Source: an uncultured Acholeplasmataceae bacterium
Lineage (GTDB): Bacteria > Bacillota_I > Bacilli_A > Acholeplasmatales > Acholeplasmataceae
Reading direction: 5' to 3'
Length of the DNA stretch: 64,000 nucleotides
Assembly: GCA_963543845.1 (NCBI GenBank)
Contig: CAUUCL010000001.1
Location: forward strand, 30,037-94,036
Shown here: positions 40,296 to 49,549 of the stretch, piece after piece
How the letters are laid out: the number at the start of each line of letters is the position of its first letter
How positions within the stretch are numbered: the first letter of the stretch is position 1
Program-made: the position numbers and the translations under genes
The notes under the pieces: model-generated
What the model saw: the letters and a program-made list of their open reading frames with translations, nothing else
Told to the model about the DNA's origin: nothing
The model's database searches: none

Positions 40296-41345
40296 TTAGA
40301 TAATTTTTTTATAATCTCCTCGCACAAAACTTGGAATAAAATTATTACTTTTTAAAATCTTTATTAGATTTTCTAAATTTTTACCATCTTCAGTTTTATC
40401 AATTCTTTTATTATCATATAAATTATAACACTTAGCAGCAGCCTCAGGGGTAATATTTGGCATTATTACATTGCACCCTGCATTAAGAGCCTTAATGGTT
40501 CCATTTTCATCAAGGGTCGCAAATGCTGTTGTTGCAGGCAGTAAAGTATTAGGAAGTAAAAGCCTTATTAGAGCTAAAAGATCTAATGTAAGTAAAACTG
40601 GGCCATTTTTTTCATCTTTTAATTTTGTATTTTGACTTGCTATAAAAGGGCCAATTCCAATCATCTCAGGATTTAATTTTTTCAAAAAAATTAAATCATT
40701 TACATAATCTTTTAAATTTAAATTAGGAAGTCCGACGATAAAACCAGCACCCGTTTGATATTTTAGTTTTTTTAAATTATATAAAGATTTTATCCTATTT
40801 TTAATACTCTCACCATGAAGCAGTTTATATACTTTTTTATTTATTGTCTCATGGCGAAGTAAAAATCTATCAACACCAGCTTTTTTTAAATTCTCATAAT
40901 ATAAATAACTTTTCTCTCCAATTGAAAGTGTTATAGCAATATCCTTAAATTTATCTTTTATATTTTTTATAAATGATACTAAATCACTACTTTCACTGCT
41001 TTCCTCACCAGATTGCAAAACAAAAGATTTATATCCCATATCTACACCAAAGTTAATTAAGTTAGATATTTCATCAAATGATAACTTATATCTTTTTACG
41101 TTAGAAAATTTATTTATTCCGCAGTACATGCACCCTTTTGTGCAGTAGTTGCTAAATTCAATAAGACCTCTTAAATAAATTTCTCTGCCATATACAAAAT
41201 CACAAATATCTCTTGCTTTTTTATGTAAAATAATTCTTAAATCATCATCTATATTTTCTAGGATATATAAAATTTTTCTTTTAGATAAATTATGTTTTTT
41301 TTCTAATTTACAAATTAAGTTTAATACTTTTTTTTTACTATTCAT
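40296..41345 (-). CDS. hydE: [FeFe]-hydrogenase maturase HydE (radical SAM)
   Basis: 349 aa. CTKGCMYCG. Biotin-synthase-like layout. Sits between the TM1266-type gene and hydG. Confidence 0.88.
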   Translation of the reverse strand: MNSKKKVLNLICKLEKKHNLSKRKILYILENIDDDLRIILHKKARDICDFVYGREIYLRGLIEFSNYCTKGCMYCGINKFSNVKRYKLSFDEISNLINFGVDMGYKSFVLQSGEESSESSDLVSFIKNIKDKFKDIAITLSIGEKSYLYYENLKKAGVDRFLLRHETINKKVYKLLHGESIKNRIKSLYNLKKLKYQTGAGFIVGLPNLNLKDYVNDLIFLKKLNPEMIGIGPFIASQNTKLKDEKNGPVLLTLDLLALIRLLLPNTLLPATTAFATLDENGTIKALNAGCNVIMPNITPEAAAKCYNLYDNKRIDKTEDGKNLENLIKILKSNNFIPSFVRGDYKKII

Positions 41346-41598
41346 TGATAGTTTTTTTAGATATAGCAGTTGTTACAGTAATTCCACTAATTGATCCAAG
41401 TTTACCAGTTAATGCATTTATCTCATCCATTGTAGCAAGGCATGTAATGCTAATTACTGTCATATCATGATCCATTAGAGGTATTCCCATTCTACCACGC
41501 ACGATTTTTTTATAATCAGATACAATTTTATTAAATTCACTTTGACTATTTTTAGGGTTTTCTAAAATAGCTCCTATAACTGCAATTTTTTTCTCCAT
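41338..41598 (-). CDS. TM1266-family putative iron-only hydrogenase system regulator
   Basis: 86 aa ACT-like protein (AVIGAILENP...RMGIP...ISITC). 8-nt overlap with hydE. Confidence 0.7.
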   Translation of the reverse strand: MEKKIAVIGAILENPKNSQSEFNKIVSDYKKIVRGRMGIPLMDHDMTVISITCLATMDEINALTGKLGSISGITVTTAISKKTINE

Positions 41599-41626
41599 TT
41601 TATCTCCTCATTATTTTTATTTTAAA

Positions 41627-42358
41627 TTATGACTTATTAGCCTTTAATATTAACATCGTCTTAATATCAGATGGCATTGTAAGAAATTTGTCAAATTCAT
41701 TTATGCTTTTTTCGGTTATCCAAAGTTGACCCTCTTCAATTTCCTTTATGCCCTTGCTGTGCTGATTTTTTGAATAATATTTATTATTTTTTATATCATC
41801 TGCTGATAAAACCCAATATATTATCTTATCTCTCCAAACTCCGATAAAAATAAAAATGTCACTACAAGATGGCTTTAGTTGCTGAAAATTCATATTAAAT
41901 GGTTTTTTACTATCAGTTGCTAAAGCCTTTATTATAAGCTGTTCATCAGATTTTGAATCAACTGCTCGTGATGCCTTTACCTCAACTTTGATACCACTAT
42001 TATCTGGTAAAGGTAAATAAAGGTCGTATTCTCCGTGATAACTAGAATCTAAAATTTTGTTAGGCCTTTCTAGTTCCTGAACTAATTCATTCAAATGCGT
42101 TTGTGCCCACATCTCACCAAATCCTCTAGGTGATGTTATCTCATAAAGATGTAGAAATTTATTTCTTGAGATATAATCATTCCTTATTTTTATATAATAA
42201 TCGATATCAATAATTTTATCTGCTAATAAGTTACAAATTATATACTCGAATTTGTTAAAAGGATAAATACTAAATAAATTATCTAACTCACTATCAGTTA
42301 AATTTATATTTTTGGATTTTAATTTTAGATTATTTAGTATTTCTCTAAGCTTTTCCAT
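41627..42358 (-). CDS. putative type II restriction endonuclease (PD-(D/E)XK-like), family unknown
   Basis: 243 aa. Candidate core GEYDLYLP...GIKVEVKAS. 14-nt overlap with the upstream methyltransferase. Confidence 0.45.
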   Translation of the reverse strand: MEKLREILNNLKLKSKNINLTDSELDNLFSIYPFNKFEYIICNLLADKIIDIDYYIKIRNDYISRNKFLHLYEITSPRGFGEMWAQTHLNELVQELERPNKILDSSYHGEYDLYLPLPDNSGIKVEVKASRAVDSKSDEQLIIKALATDSKKPFNMNFQQLKPSCSDIFIFIGVWRDKIIYWVLSADDIKNNKYYSKNQHSKGIKEIEEGQLWITEKSINEFDKFLTMPSDIKTMLILKANKS

Positions 42359-44081
42359 TTTTTAAATCTCCTTCAATTATTTTAATCTCATCACTTGAAA
42401 AATCATAAAGTTTATAAATTATAGATTGTATCCTAGATTCATTGAATATCCTCTGGTCTAAAAAATCAGTAAATAATTCTTCAGTTTTTCTATCAATAAT
42501 TGGTATAGGAATATTTTGTAAATCATATTTTAAAGTCTTAATTTGATTTATTTTATTTTTAAAGTAAAAGTTTAAAACATTAGAATTAAGCAAAACACAA
42601 AGTGCTTTTATGTTTACTGGAACTTTATGGGGAATTAAAATATTTGCTGAATTTAAGACTAATGTTTTTTTATTATCATATGAAAAAATTAGTTTTTTAT
42701 TTGAAATAAATTTATAAATCAACTTTTCAGGCGCAAAGTAAAATTCATCACTTGCAACTTGTTGAAATTTTTTTCTATCATAAATAATAAATTTTTTAGG
42801 ACTACTAGCAAAATATTTTTTAATATCCTTACCCGTATAAATTGGCATTGTATTTTCATTATTATTATCTAACAGCATTTTTTTATTATTTCCCGTAACA
42901 ATTCCAAGTGCAAACTTGGAATCACACAAGCTAAAATGGGGTATTTTTTCTATTTTTTTTATTATTGAGTTTTTAAAATCATCGAACAAAGAAAATACAT
43001 AATCTTTATCATTTTTATATCTATCATAATTTATTTTATACTTGCTACCACCATTAATAATACTAATTTTATCTGGATTAGATTTATCTAATTCTATCGA
43101 AATAGCATCAGTTAAAACACTAGTGAATGGTTTTTTAAATAATTCTATTTTTTTAATTGCAGTTCTTTCAATAATATATTTTCTTATATCTTTGTGAGTT
43201 CTAACATTTAAAAATGATGTTGGAAGAAGAAATATTATTTTTCCACTGTCACTAATTTTTATAATAGATTTATAAATAAAATAAGAAAAGGACTCTTTTG
43301 ATTTTATCTCTTTAAATTCCTTATACTCATCCTTAATATATGCTCCCCACGGTGGGTTTGTAATTATCAAATCGAATTTTTCATCATTTTCAACCTTTAA
43401 AAAATCCTCACAAAATATATTAGGACTAAATACAAAATCTTTAAATATCGCAAAAAGATTACTCTTCATAATCTTTACAGCAATTTTATCTGTATCATAT
43501 CCAAATATATTCTCAGGTTTAATATTAGGCGTTTTTGCAATTACATTTAAAAACCCCCCACTACCACAACAAGGATCGCATACTTTCTTATTTTTAAAAT
43601 CTAAATTTTCTATCATCTTATAAACAATATTAGACGGTGTATAATATGAGCCTGAGATATTTTTATCTCCTTCTAATTTTAATAATTGATAAATATACCC
43701 TATTAAATCAATATTAAAGAATTTATCAAAATTAAACTTAATCTCATAAAAATCATTATTAAAGCTAGTTATGAAATCACTTATGTGTTTATTTTTTGAT
43801 GAAAATTCACCATTTAGTTTAAAAATAAGTTTTAAATCAAAAAGATATTTTAAAATAAGTGAATTTATAGTTGTCTCTATCGGTTTTTCAAAGCAAATTT
43901 CATCAAGCAATAAATCAATCTCATTTTCAAATTTTATATATTCTTTAGGTATTATTTTTTTTCTTGATTGAGTTTTGTTTGCTCTTGTAAAAAAACTAGA
44001 GTTATCTAGATTTTTATTTAATCGCTTCCAATTTTGAATTGTAGCATCTGAAATTTTTAAATTTTGGACATTTTTATTCAT
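42345..44081 (-). CDS. N6-adenine DNA methyltransferase (Eco57I/TaqI-like gamma class)
   Basis: 578 aa. Motif I VCDPCCGSGGFL, motif IV ITNPPWG, C-terminal TaqI-like target-recognition region. Confidence 0.85.
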   Translation of the reverse strand: MNKNVQNLKISDATIQNWKRLNKNLDNSSFFTRANKTQSRKKIIPKEYIKFENEIDLLLDEICFEKPIETTINSLILKYLFDLKLIFKLNGEFSSKNKHISDFITSFNNDFYEIKFNFDKFFNIDLIGYIYQLLKLEGDKNISGSYYTPSNIVYKMIENLDFKNKKVCDPCCGSGGFLNVIAKTPNIKPENIFGYDTDKIAVKIMKSNLFAIFKDFVFSPNIFCEDFLKVENDEKFDLIITNPPWGAYIKDEYKEFKEIKSKESFSYFIYKSIIKISDSGKIIFLLPTSFLNVRTHKDIRKYIIERTAIKKIELFKKPFTSVLTDAISIELDKSNPDKISIINGGSKYKINYDRYKNDKDYVFSLFDDFKNSIIKKIEKIPHFSLCDSKFALGIVTGNNKKMLLDNNNENTMPIYTGKDIKKYFASSPKKFIIYDRKKFQQVASDEFYFAPEKLIYKFISNKKLIFSYDNKKTLVLNSANILIPHKVPVNIKALCVLLNSNVLNFYFKNKINQIKTLKYDLQNIPIPIIDRKTEELFTDFLDQRIFNESRIQSIIYKLYDFSSDEIKIIEGDLKNGKA

Positions 44082-44093
44082 ATTACTAAAATT

Positions 44094-44121
44094 ATTATAC
44101 CACTTTATAAACGCCTTTCAA
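44094..44121 (-). promoter_or_regulatory. promoter of the R-M module
   Basis: Minus strand TTGAAA-16 nt-TATAAT with a TGG extension. Only 12 nt from the -10 to the ATG and no SD. Confidence 0.5.
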
Positions 44122-44187
44122 AATAAAGAAAAGATATTTTCCTTCATATATATAATAGTGAAAAATAATTTTTTTACTTAAAAATAA

Positions 44188-44226
44188 AAATATCACTTAA
44201 TTTTAATTTTTAATTAAGTGATATTT
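44188..44226 (-). terminator. pnp terminator
   Basis: 15-bp stem AAATATCACTTAATT/AATTAAGTGATATTT followed by TTATTTTT on the minus strand. Confidence 0.65.
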
Positions 44227-44234
44227 AAAATTTA

Positions 44235-46382
44235 CTATTTAGTTTTTGCTTTATTTTCTTTTTTAGGATCTTTTTTAGCGTTATTTAATACATCTTTTCT
44301 TGATAAATCAATTCTGCCTTGATTATCAATGTCGATACATTTAACTAATACTTGATCTCCAACTTTTAAAACACTTTCAACTTTTTCAATTCTTTCATTA
44401 GCTATTTTTGAAATGTGTAAAAGTCCCTCACATCCTGGCCAAAGTTCAACAAAAGCGCCATAGTTTTCAATTCTTTTAACTAAACCCTCGTAAACTTCTC
44501 CAACTTTAGCCTCTCTTACTAAATCAGAAATTTGTTTTAAAGTATTATCAACAACATCTAAACACTCATGCATAATGTAAATTTTTCCATCTTGCTCGAT
44601 ATCAATTTTAACATTATCATTATCTTCAATAAGTTTATTTATAACCTTACCACCCGCACCGATAACATCTTTTATCTTATCTGGATTTATTAAAAGCATT
44701 TTAACTTTTGGAGCATATTTAGATACATTATCTCTTGGTGATTTGATTGTGCTTGTTATGACTTTTAAAATTTGCATTCTAGCCTCTTTTGCTTGAGCTA
44801 GTGCTTCTTTTAAAATCTTTTCATTAATACCTTTTATTTTAATATCCATTTGAAGAGCGGTAATTCCATTTTCAGTTCCTGCAACTTTAAAATCCATATC
44901 TCCAAGATGATCTTCAAGACCTTGAATATCAGTTAGTATTGTGTAGTTTTTATCTTTTGCTATAAGACCCATTGCAATTCCTGCAACTGGGGCTTTAATA
45001 GGAACACCTGCTGCCATTAGTGATAATGTAGCAGAGCATACAGTTGCCATTGAACTTGAACCATTTGATTCTAAAATTTCTGATACAACTCTAATTGTAT
45101 AAGGGAAACTATCCTCACTTGGAAGAATTGGAAGAATTGCTCTTCTTGCAAGATTACCATGCCCTATTTCTCTTCTTCCAGGAGAACCATACTTACCAGT
45201 TTCTCCAACTGAAAAAGGTGGAAAGTTATAATGAAGAAGGAATCTTTTTTTCTCCTCATAAGATAAATCATCAATAATTTGGCTATCAGCAAGTCCACCT
45301 AGTGTAACAACACCTAGTGATTGTGTTTGTCCACGAGTGAAAAGTGCACTTCCATGAGGTCTTGGAAGTAAATCAACTTTTGCTGATAATGGTCTTATTT
45401 GGTCAATTTTTCTGCCATCTGGTCTAATTTTATCTTTAGTAATTAATTCTCTAAATACAGTCTCAATTACATCTTCAATCGCTTGGTCATTTAAAAATTT
45501 ATAATATATTTCATCTTTTTCATCTTTTATAAATTCTTTTGATTCAGCCATAAGCTTTTCCATATATTTTTCCTTTAAAGCAAAAACTGCCTCATCACGA
45601 GCCTGTTTATCAAATACAAGTAAAGCTTTTTTGAATTCATCCCTAGTTTCTTTTAAAAGTTTTTCAACCTTTGAATCATCTGCAAGAATTAGTTTTGGCT
45701 CAGGTTTATTAGGTTTTAATTCTTTAATTATTTTTTCTTGGAATTCAACAATTTTCTTAATTTCTTCATGAGCAAACATAATTGCCTCAAGCATAGTTTT
45801 CTCAGATACTTCAAACGCACCTGATTCAACCATATTAATAGCATCTTTTGTTCCTGCAACTGATAGCTCAATTAAATTATTTTCAAGTTTTTCAAAATTA
45901 GGGTTTACTAAAAACTTGCCATCTTTATACCCAATATTAACTCCTGCAATAGGTCCTTCAAAAGGAACTTCCGAAATCATTAAGGCAATACTTGAACCAA
46001 TTAAAGCTGCCATTTCAGTTGATGCTTCAGGATCACTTGATATAACAGTATTTACAACCTGAACCTCATCTTGATATCCCTTTGGAAAAAGAGGTCTTAT
46101 TGGTCTATCGATTACTCTTGATGCAAGTGTCTCTTTTTCAGTAGGTCTTCCCTCACGACGCAAAAAACCTCCTGGTATTTTACCACCAGCATATAATCTT
46201 TCTTGATAAATAACCATCAGAGGAAAAAAATCTCTAATTTCTTCTGATTCTTTATGGCAAACAGTTGATAATACTGCACTTTCGCCATATCTTACAAGAC
46301 ATGCACCAGATGCTTGTTTTGCAAGTTCTCCAAACTCTACAACAAGCACTCGTCCGCCTATTGTTGTTTCAAATTTTTTCAT
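44235..46382 (-). CDS. pnp: polyribonucleotide nucleotidyltransferase (PNPase)
   Basis: 715 aa. Two RNase PH domains, KH and S1 domains. Confidence 0.97.
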   Translation of the reverse strand: MKKFETTIGGRVLVVEFGELAKQASGACLVRYGESAVLSTVCHKESEEIRDFFPLMVIYQERLYAGGKIPGGFLRREGRPTEKETLASRVIDRPIRPLFPKGYQDEVQVVNTVISSDPEASTEMAALIGSSIALMISEVPFEGPIAGVNIGYKDGKFLVNPNFEKLENNLIELSVAGTKDAINMVESGAFEVSEKTMLEAIMFAHEEIKKIVEFQEKIIKELKPNKPEPKLILADDSKVEKLLKETRDEFKKALLVFDKQARDEAVFALKEKYMEKLMAESKEFIKDEKDEIYYKFLNDQAIEDVIETVFRELITKDKIRPDGRKIDQIRPLSAKVDLLPRPHGSALFTRGQTQSLGVVTLGGLADSQIIDDLSYEEKKRFLLHYNFPPFSVGETGKYGSPGRREIGHGNLARRAILPILPSEDSFPYTIRVVSEILESNGSSSMATVCSATLSLMAAGVPIKAPVAGIAMGLIAKDKNYTILTDIQGLEDHLGDMDFKVAGTENGITALQMDIKIKGINEKILKEALAQAKEARMQILKVITSTIKSPRDNVSKYAPKVKMLLINPDKIKDVIGAGGKVINKLIEDNDNVKIDIEQDGKIYIMHECLDVVDNTLKQISDLVREAKVGEVYEGLVKRIENYGAFVELWPGCEGLLHISKIANERIEKVESVLKVGDQVLVKCIDIDNQGRIDLSRKDVLNNAKKDPKKENKAKTK

Positions 46383-46422
46383 TTTCTATCTCCTTTTTTT
46401 AAAAAAAATAAGGTATAAAACC

Positions 46423-46692
46423 TTATCTTCTTAGTCCTAATTTATCGATTAACGCTTGGTATTTAGTAAGGCTTTTATTTTTTAAATATGCAAGTAATTT
46501 TTTCCTATGTCCTACTAAAACAAAAAGACCACGTTTACTATGAAAATCTTTTGGATGCTCTTTTAAATGTTTATTAAGTGCATTTATTTGTTCAGTTAAA
46601 AGTGCAACTTGAACCTCTGTTGAACCAGTGTCTTTTTTGCCTTGCGCAAACTCCTTAATTATCTTTTCTTTTTCATCTTTTGTAAGTGCCAT
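46423..46692 (-). CDS. rpsO: 30S ribosomal protein S15
   Basis: 89 aa from ATG 46692 ([12 protein letters not shown]...), preceded by AAAGGAGA. The track's 15-codon extension is unlikely. Confidence 0.95.
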   Translation of the reverse strand: MALTKDEKEKIIKEFAQGKKDTGSTEVQVALLTEQINALNKHLKEHPKDFHSKRGLFVLVGHRKKLLAYLKNKSLTKYQALIDKLGLRR

Positions 46693-46772
46693 ATTATATC
46701 TCCTTTTCATCGTATATCCTAGTAATAGGGTGCACAAATCCTAAAACAAAGATACCTTTTTTATACTTTTAA

Positions 46773-46800
46773 AGTATAACATAAAATGCTAATTTATCAA
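46773..46800 (-). promoter_or_regulatory. rpsO promoter
   Basis: Minus strand TTGATA-16 nt-TATACT with a TGT extension. About 75-nt leader before rpsO. Confidence 0.5.
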
Positions 46801-46802
46801 AA

Positions 46803-47126
46803 TTAAAACTTTTTATATTTTTCTACATCTATAATAAAACAAACCGCTCCTCCAACTTCAACTTCAATTGGAAGTGAGGAAAAAGCCCCAAATTCATTTA
46901 CAATTGTATTTGGAACAGTTGCCTTTCTTTTTTTAGTATACTGCTCAATTAAACTTAAAGTTAAATTAACTTTACTCTCATCTACCCCAATTAAAAAAGT
47001 AGCATTTCTTGCTCTTAAAAATCCACTAGTTGCAGCAAGCCTTGTTGCAATTATACCATTTTCAACAAAGATTTTTTGAATCCTGTTAGCATCATCGTTT
47101 GAAATTATCGCAATAATCATTTTCAT
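46803..47126 (-). CDS. darA: cyclic-di-AMP receptor, P-II-like protein DarA/PstA
   Basis: 107 aa from ATG 47126 (GAGGAA SD). Aligns along its full length with B. subtilis YaaQ/DarA (...ATRLAATSGFLRARNATFLIGV...EVEVGGA). Confidence 0.78.
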   Translation of the reverse strand: MKMIIAIISNDDANRIQKIFVENGIIATRLAATSGFLRARNATFLIGVDESKVNLTLSLIEQYTKKRKATVPNTIVNEFGAFSSLPIEVEVGGAVCFIIDVEKYKKF

Positions 47127-47127
47127 A

Positions 47128-48009
47128 TTATAATTCCTCATTTTTTATTATTTTTAAAGCATTTTCATAATCTTTATTTAATTGATTGATTAAATCATTT
47201 TTATCTTTAAATTTAACCTCATCTCTTAATCTTTTAAGATATACAAGTTTTACTTTTTTATTATATATGTTTTTATTAAAATTTAAAATATGTGCCTCGC
47301 ACCTAATCCTGCTTTGCCTATTTAAACTAGGATTATATCCAATATTTAAAATCGTATAGTATTTATTATTCTTTAAATATAAATATCCCAGATACACTCC
47401 ATTTGGTGGGAGTATTTTATTATTATATTTTATATTAGCTGTTCTATAACCTAATTTTCTACCTATTTTATTTCCTCTTACAATCTTTCCAGTTGTATAA
47501 AATAAATATCCTAGATACTTATTGGCTAAGTCTAAATTTCCAGCTTTAATTAACTCTTTAATTTTGGTTGATGATACTTTAAAATTATCTATAAAAACAT
47601 CTTCGATAATATCTAATTCAAAATATTTTTTTAATAAATTAGTATCCCCATTATTATCAAGCCCAAATTTAAAATCACTTCCCGCAATTATTTTTTTAAC
47701 TCCTAATTTTTTTAGGTACTTACAAAAACTATCAGCAGTTATATTTTTAATAAAATTATTAAACTTAATAACTATCAAATAATCAATTAAATTGCTTTTT
47801 AGATAAGTTATCTTATCATCTAATGATATTATCTCATTTTCATCTTTTAAATTATTTAAAAATGTAATAACAACTTTTTTGTTAGTACACTTTTTTAAAT
47901 TTTCTACTATTTTTAAATGTCCTAAGTGAAAACCATCAAAATTTCCGATTGCACAAGATGAATCATTTATTTTTATATTTTTTAGTTTTTCTAAATATAC
48001 TATCTTAAT
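47128..48009 (-). CDS. ribF: bifunctional riboflavin kinase / FAD synthetase, probable ATT start
   Basis: The track starts at an internal TTG (47778). The frame is open upstream and encodes the FAD-synthetase N-domain, including AIGNFDGFHLGH and AGSDFKFG. No ATG/GTG/TTG upstream. ATT 48009 lies 5 nt after AGGTG. Confidence 0.8.
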   Translation of the reverse strand: MKIVYLEKLKNIKINDSSCAIGNFDGFHLGHLKIVENLKKCTNKKVVITFLNNLKDENEIISLDDKITYLKSNLIDYLIVIKFNNFIKNITADSFCKYLKKLGVKKIIAGSDFKFGLDNNGDTNLLKKYFELDIIEDVFIDNFKVSSTKIKELIKAGNLDLANKYLGYLFYTTGKIVRGNKIGRKLGYRTANIKYNNKILPPNGVYLGYLYLKNNKYYTILNIGYNPSLNRQSRIRCEAHILNFNKNIYNKKVKLVYLKRLRDEVKFKDKNDLINQLNKDYENALKIIKNEEL

Positions 48010-48017
48010 ACTAACAC

Positions 48018-48836
48018 CTACATTATTAAAAGTGGTTTATAATCGCCATCTGTTGTTTTTTTATAAACAGCAACTAATTTATTATTGTTTACTATTTTAA
48101 CAAAATCATCATCTAAATTAAGTTGCAGATGCACTCCATTTTTTACTTTAAAGACCATCTCATCTTTAATTGTTTGCACTTTAATATTTAAAATATCTAA
48201 AACCTCATCTATGCTGTATTCTAAATTTTTGCTATCTAGCTTAAAAGGCCCGATTTCCTCTCTTTTTAATTTTTTACAAGTTGCAATAGCATTATTGTTT
48301 AACATTGCAAAATCTTCAATAAGTGCTCTTATATAAGTTCCTTTTGATACTCTTGATATAAATTTAAAATTAGTATCATTTATTTTAGATACACTAAAAT
48401 CATAAATAGTAACTTTATTAGGTAAAAGTGAAAAATCCTTGTTTTCTCTTTTTAACTTATATGCTGAAATTCCATTTACCTTCTTAGCTGAATAACTTGG
48501 CGGAACTTGCATATAGGTGTAATTTTTCAGTGATGACATTTTATCTAAATTTATATTTATATTATTTTCTAATACTACCGATCCTGTAATATCGGCTGTA
48601 TCAGTTTTTATTTTGGTTATAAATTCACCCGTGTATGTTTTATCTAAATTTAAAAATAAATCTGATAATTTAGTGGCTTTTCCTAAAAGAATAATAACAA
48701 GTCCGCTAGCAAATGGATCAAGCGTTCCACAATGTCCTATTTTAACTTTTTTATCATTTATCTTTTTTTTAATATCTCTTATTAAATCATAAGTGGTTAT
48801 CCCACTTTTTTTATTTATTAAAATTACTTTATCCAT
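48018..48836 (-). CDS. truB: tRNA pseudouridine(55) synthase
   Basis: 272 aa. GHCGTLDPFASGL catalytic Asp motif. Confidence 0.93.
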   Translation of the reverse strand: MDKVILINKKSGITTYDLIRDIKKKINDKKVKIGHCGTLDPFASGLVIILLGKATKLSDLFLNLDKTYTGEFITKIKTDTADITGSVVLENNININLDKMSSLKNYTYMQVPPSYSAKKVNGISAYKLKRENKDFSLLPNKVTIYDFSVSKINDTNFKFISRVSKGTYIRALIEDFAMLNNNAIATCKKLKREEIGPFKLDSKNLEYSIDEVLDILNIKVQTIKDEMVFKVKNGVHLQLNLDDDFVKIVNNNKLVAVYKKTTDGDYKPLLIM

Positions 48837-49531
48837 TATTCAATACACTGCTTTATATAAGATATTGCTGACAAGGCTGCGCACTCAGCTTTTAAAATAT
48901 TTTTCCCAAGAGAGACAATTTTTAAATTTTTCTCTTTTAAAAAAAACTCAATTTCACTTTCACTAAATCCACCCTCAGGACCGATTATAATTAAAATTTT
49001 ATCTTTTTTATCTATACTATTAACATAATCTCTTAAAGTTTTATTTTTTTCATTTTCATAGCAAACAAAGATTTTATCAAATCTTTTAAAATCATATTCT
49101 TTAATATTGTCAAAATAACTAATATTAGGATAATAAAATAAATTAGCAACCTCTGCCGCCTCTTTTGATATTTTTAAAAATCTATCGGATTTTTTCATAA
49201 AATAAAAATCTTTTTTAATGGTTCTATTAAATGATACAAAATCTATTTTGCATGCTCCAAACATTGTTGCATACTTTATAACAAACTCATTGTTATCTTT
49301 TTTCAATAATCCTTGTAAGAGAGTTATATCTAAATGAAAACTATCTTTTAGTTTTTCAATTTTACTATAATATACTTCATTATTTTTAATTAAAATATCC
49401 GAAATATAACACTCATCATTAAAACAAACGACTACCTTCTCGCCGCTTTTTAGTCTTATAACATCTTTTATATGATGTGTTATTTCTTTTTCAAATTTTC
49501 CTGTATCAGAATCTATAAAGTATCGGTGCAT
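48836..49531 (-). CDS. rsmE: 16S rRNA (uracil1498-N3)-methyltransferase RsmE
   Basis: 231 aa. MHRYF..., IIGPEGGFSESEI, LGKNILKAE(C)A. Confidence 0.85.
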   Translation of the reverse strand: MHRYFIDSDTGKFEKEITHHIKDVIRLKSGEKVVVCFNDECYISDILIKNNEVYYSKIEKLKDSFHLDITLLQGLLKKDNNEFVIKYATMFGACKIDFVSFNRTIKKDFYFMKKSDRFLKISKEAAEVANLFYYPNISYFDNIKEYDFKRFDKIFVCYENEKNKTLRDYVNSIDKKDKILIIIGPEGGFSESEIEFFLKEKNLKIVSLGKNILKAECAALSAISYIKQCIE

Positions 49532-49549
49532 AGCTTAAAATAAAGATAA

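Noticed and set aside
46693-46737. 15-codon N-terminal extension of rpsO ([15 protein letters not shown])
   Set aside because: Canonical S15 begins at MALTKDEK. That ATG has a good AAAGGAGA SD which lies inside the proposed extension.
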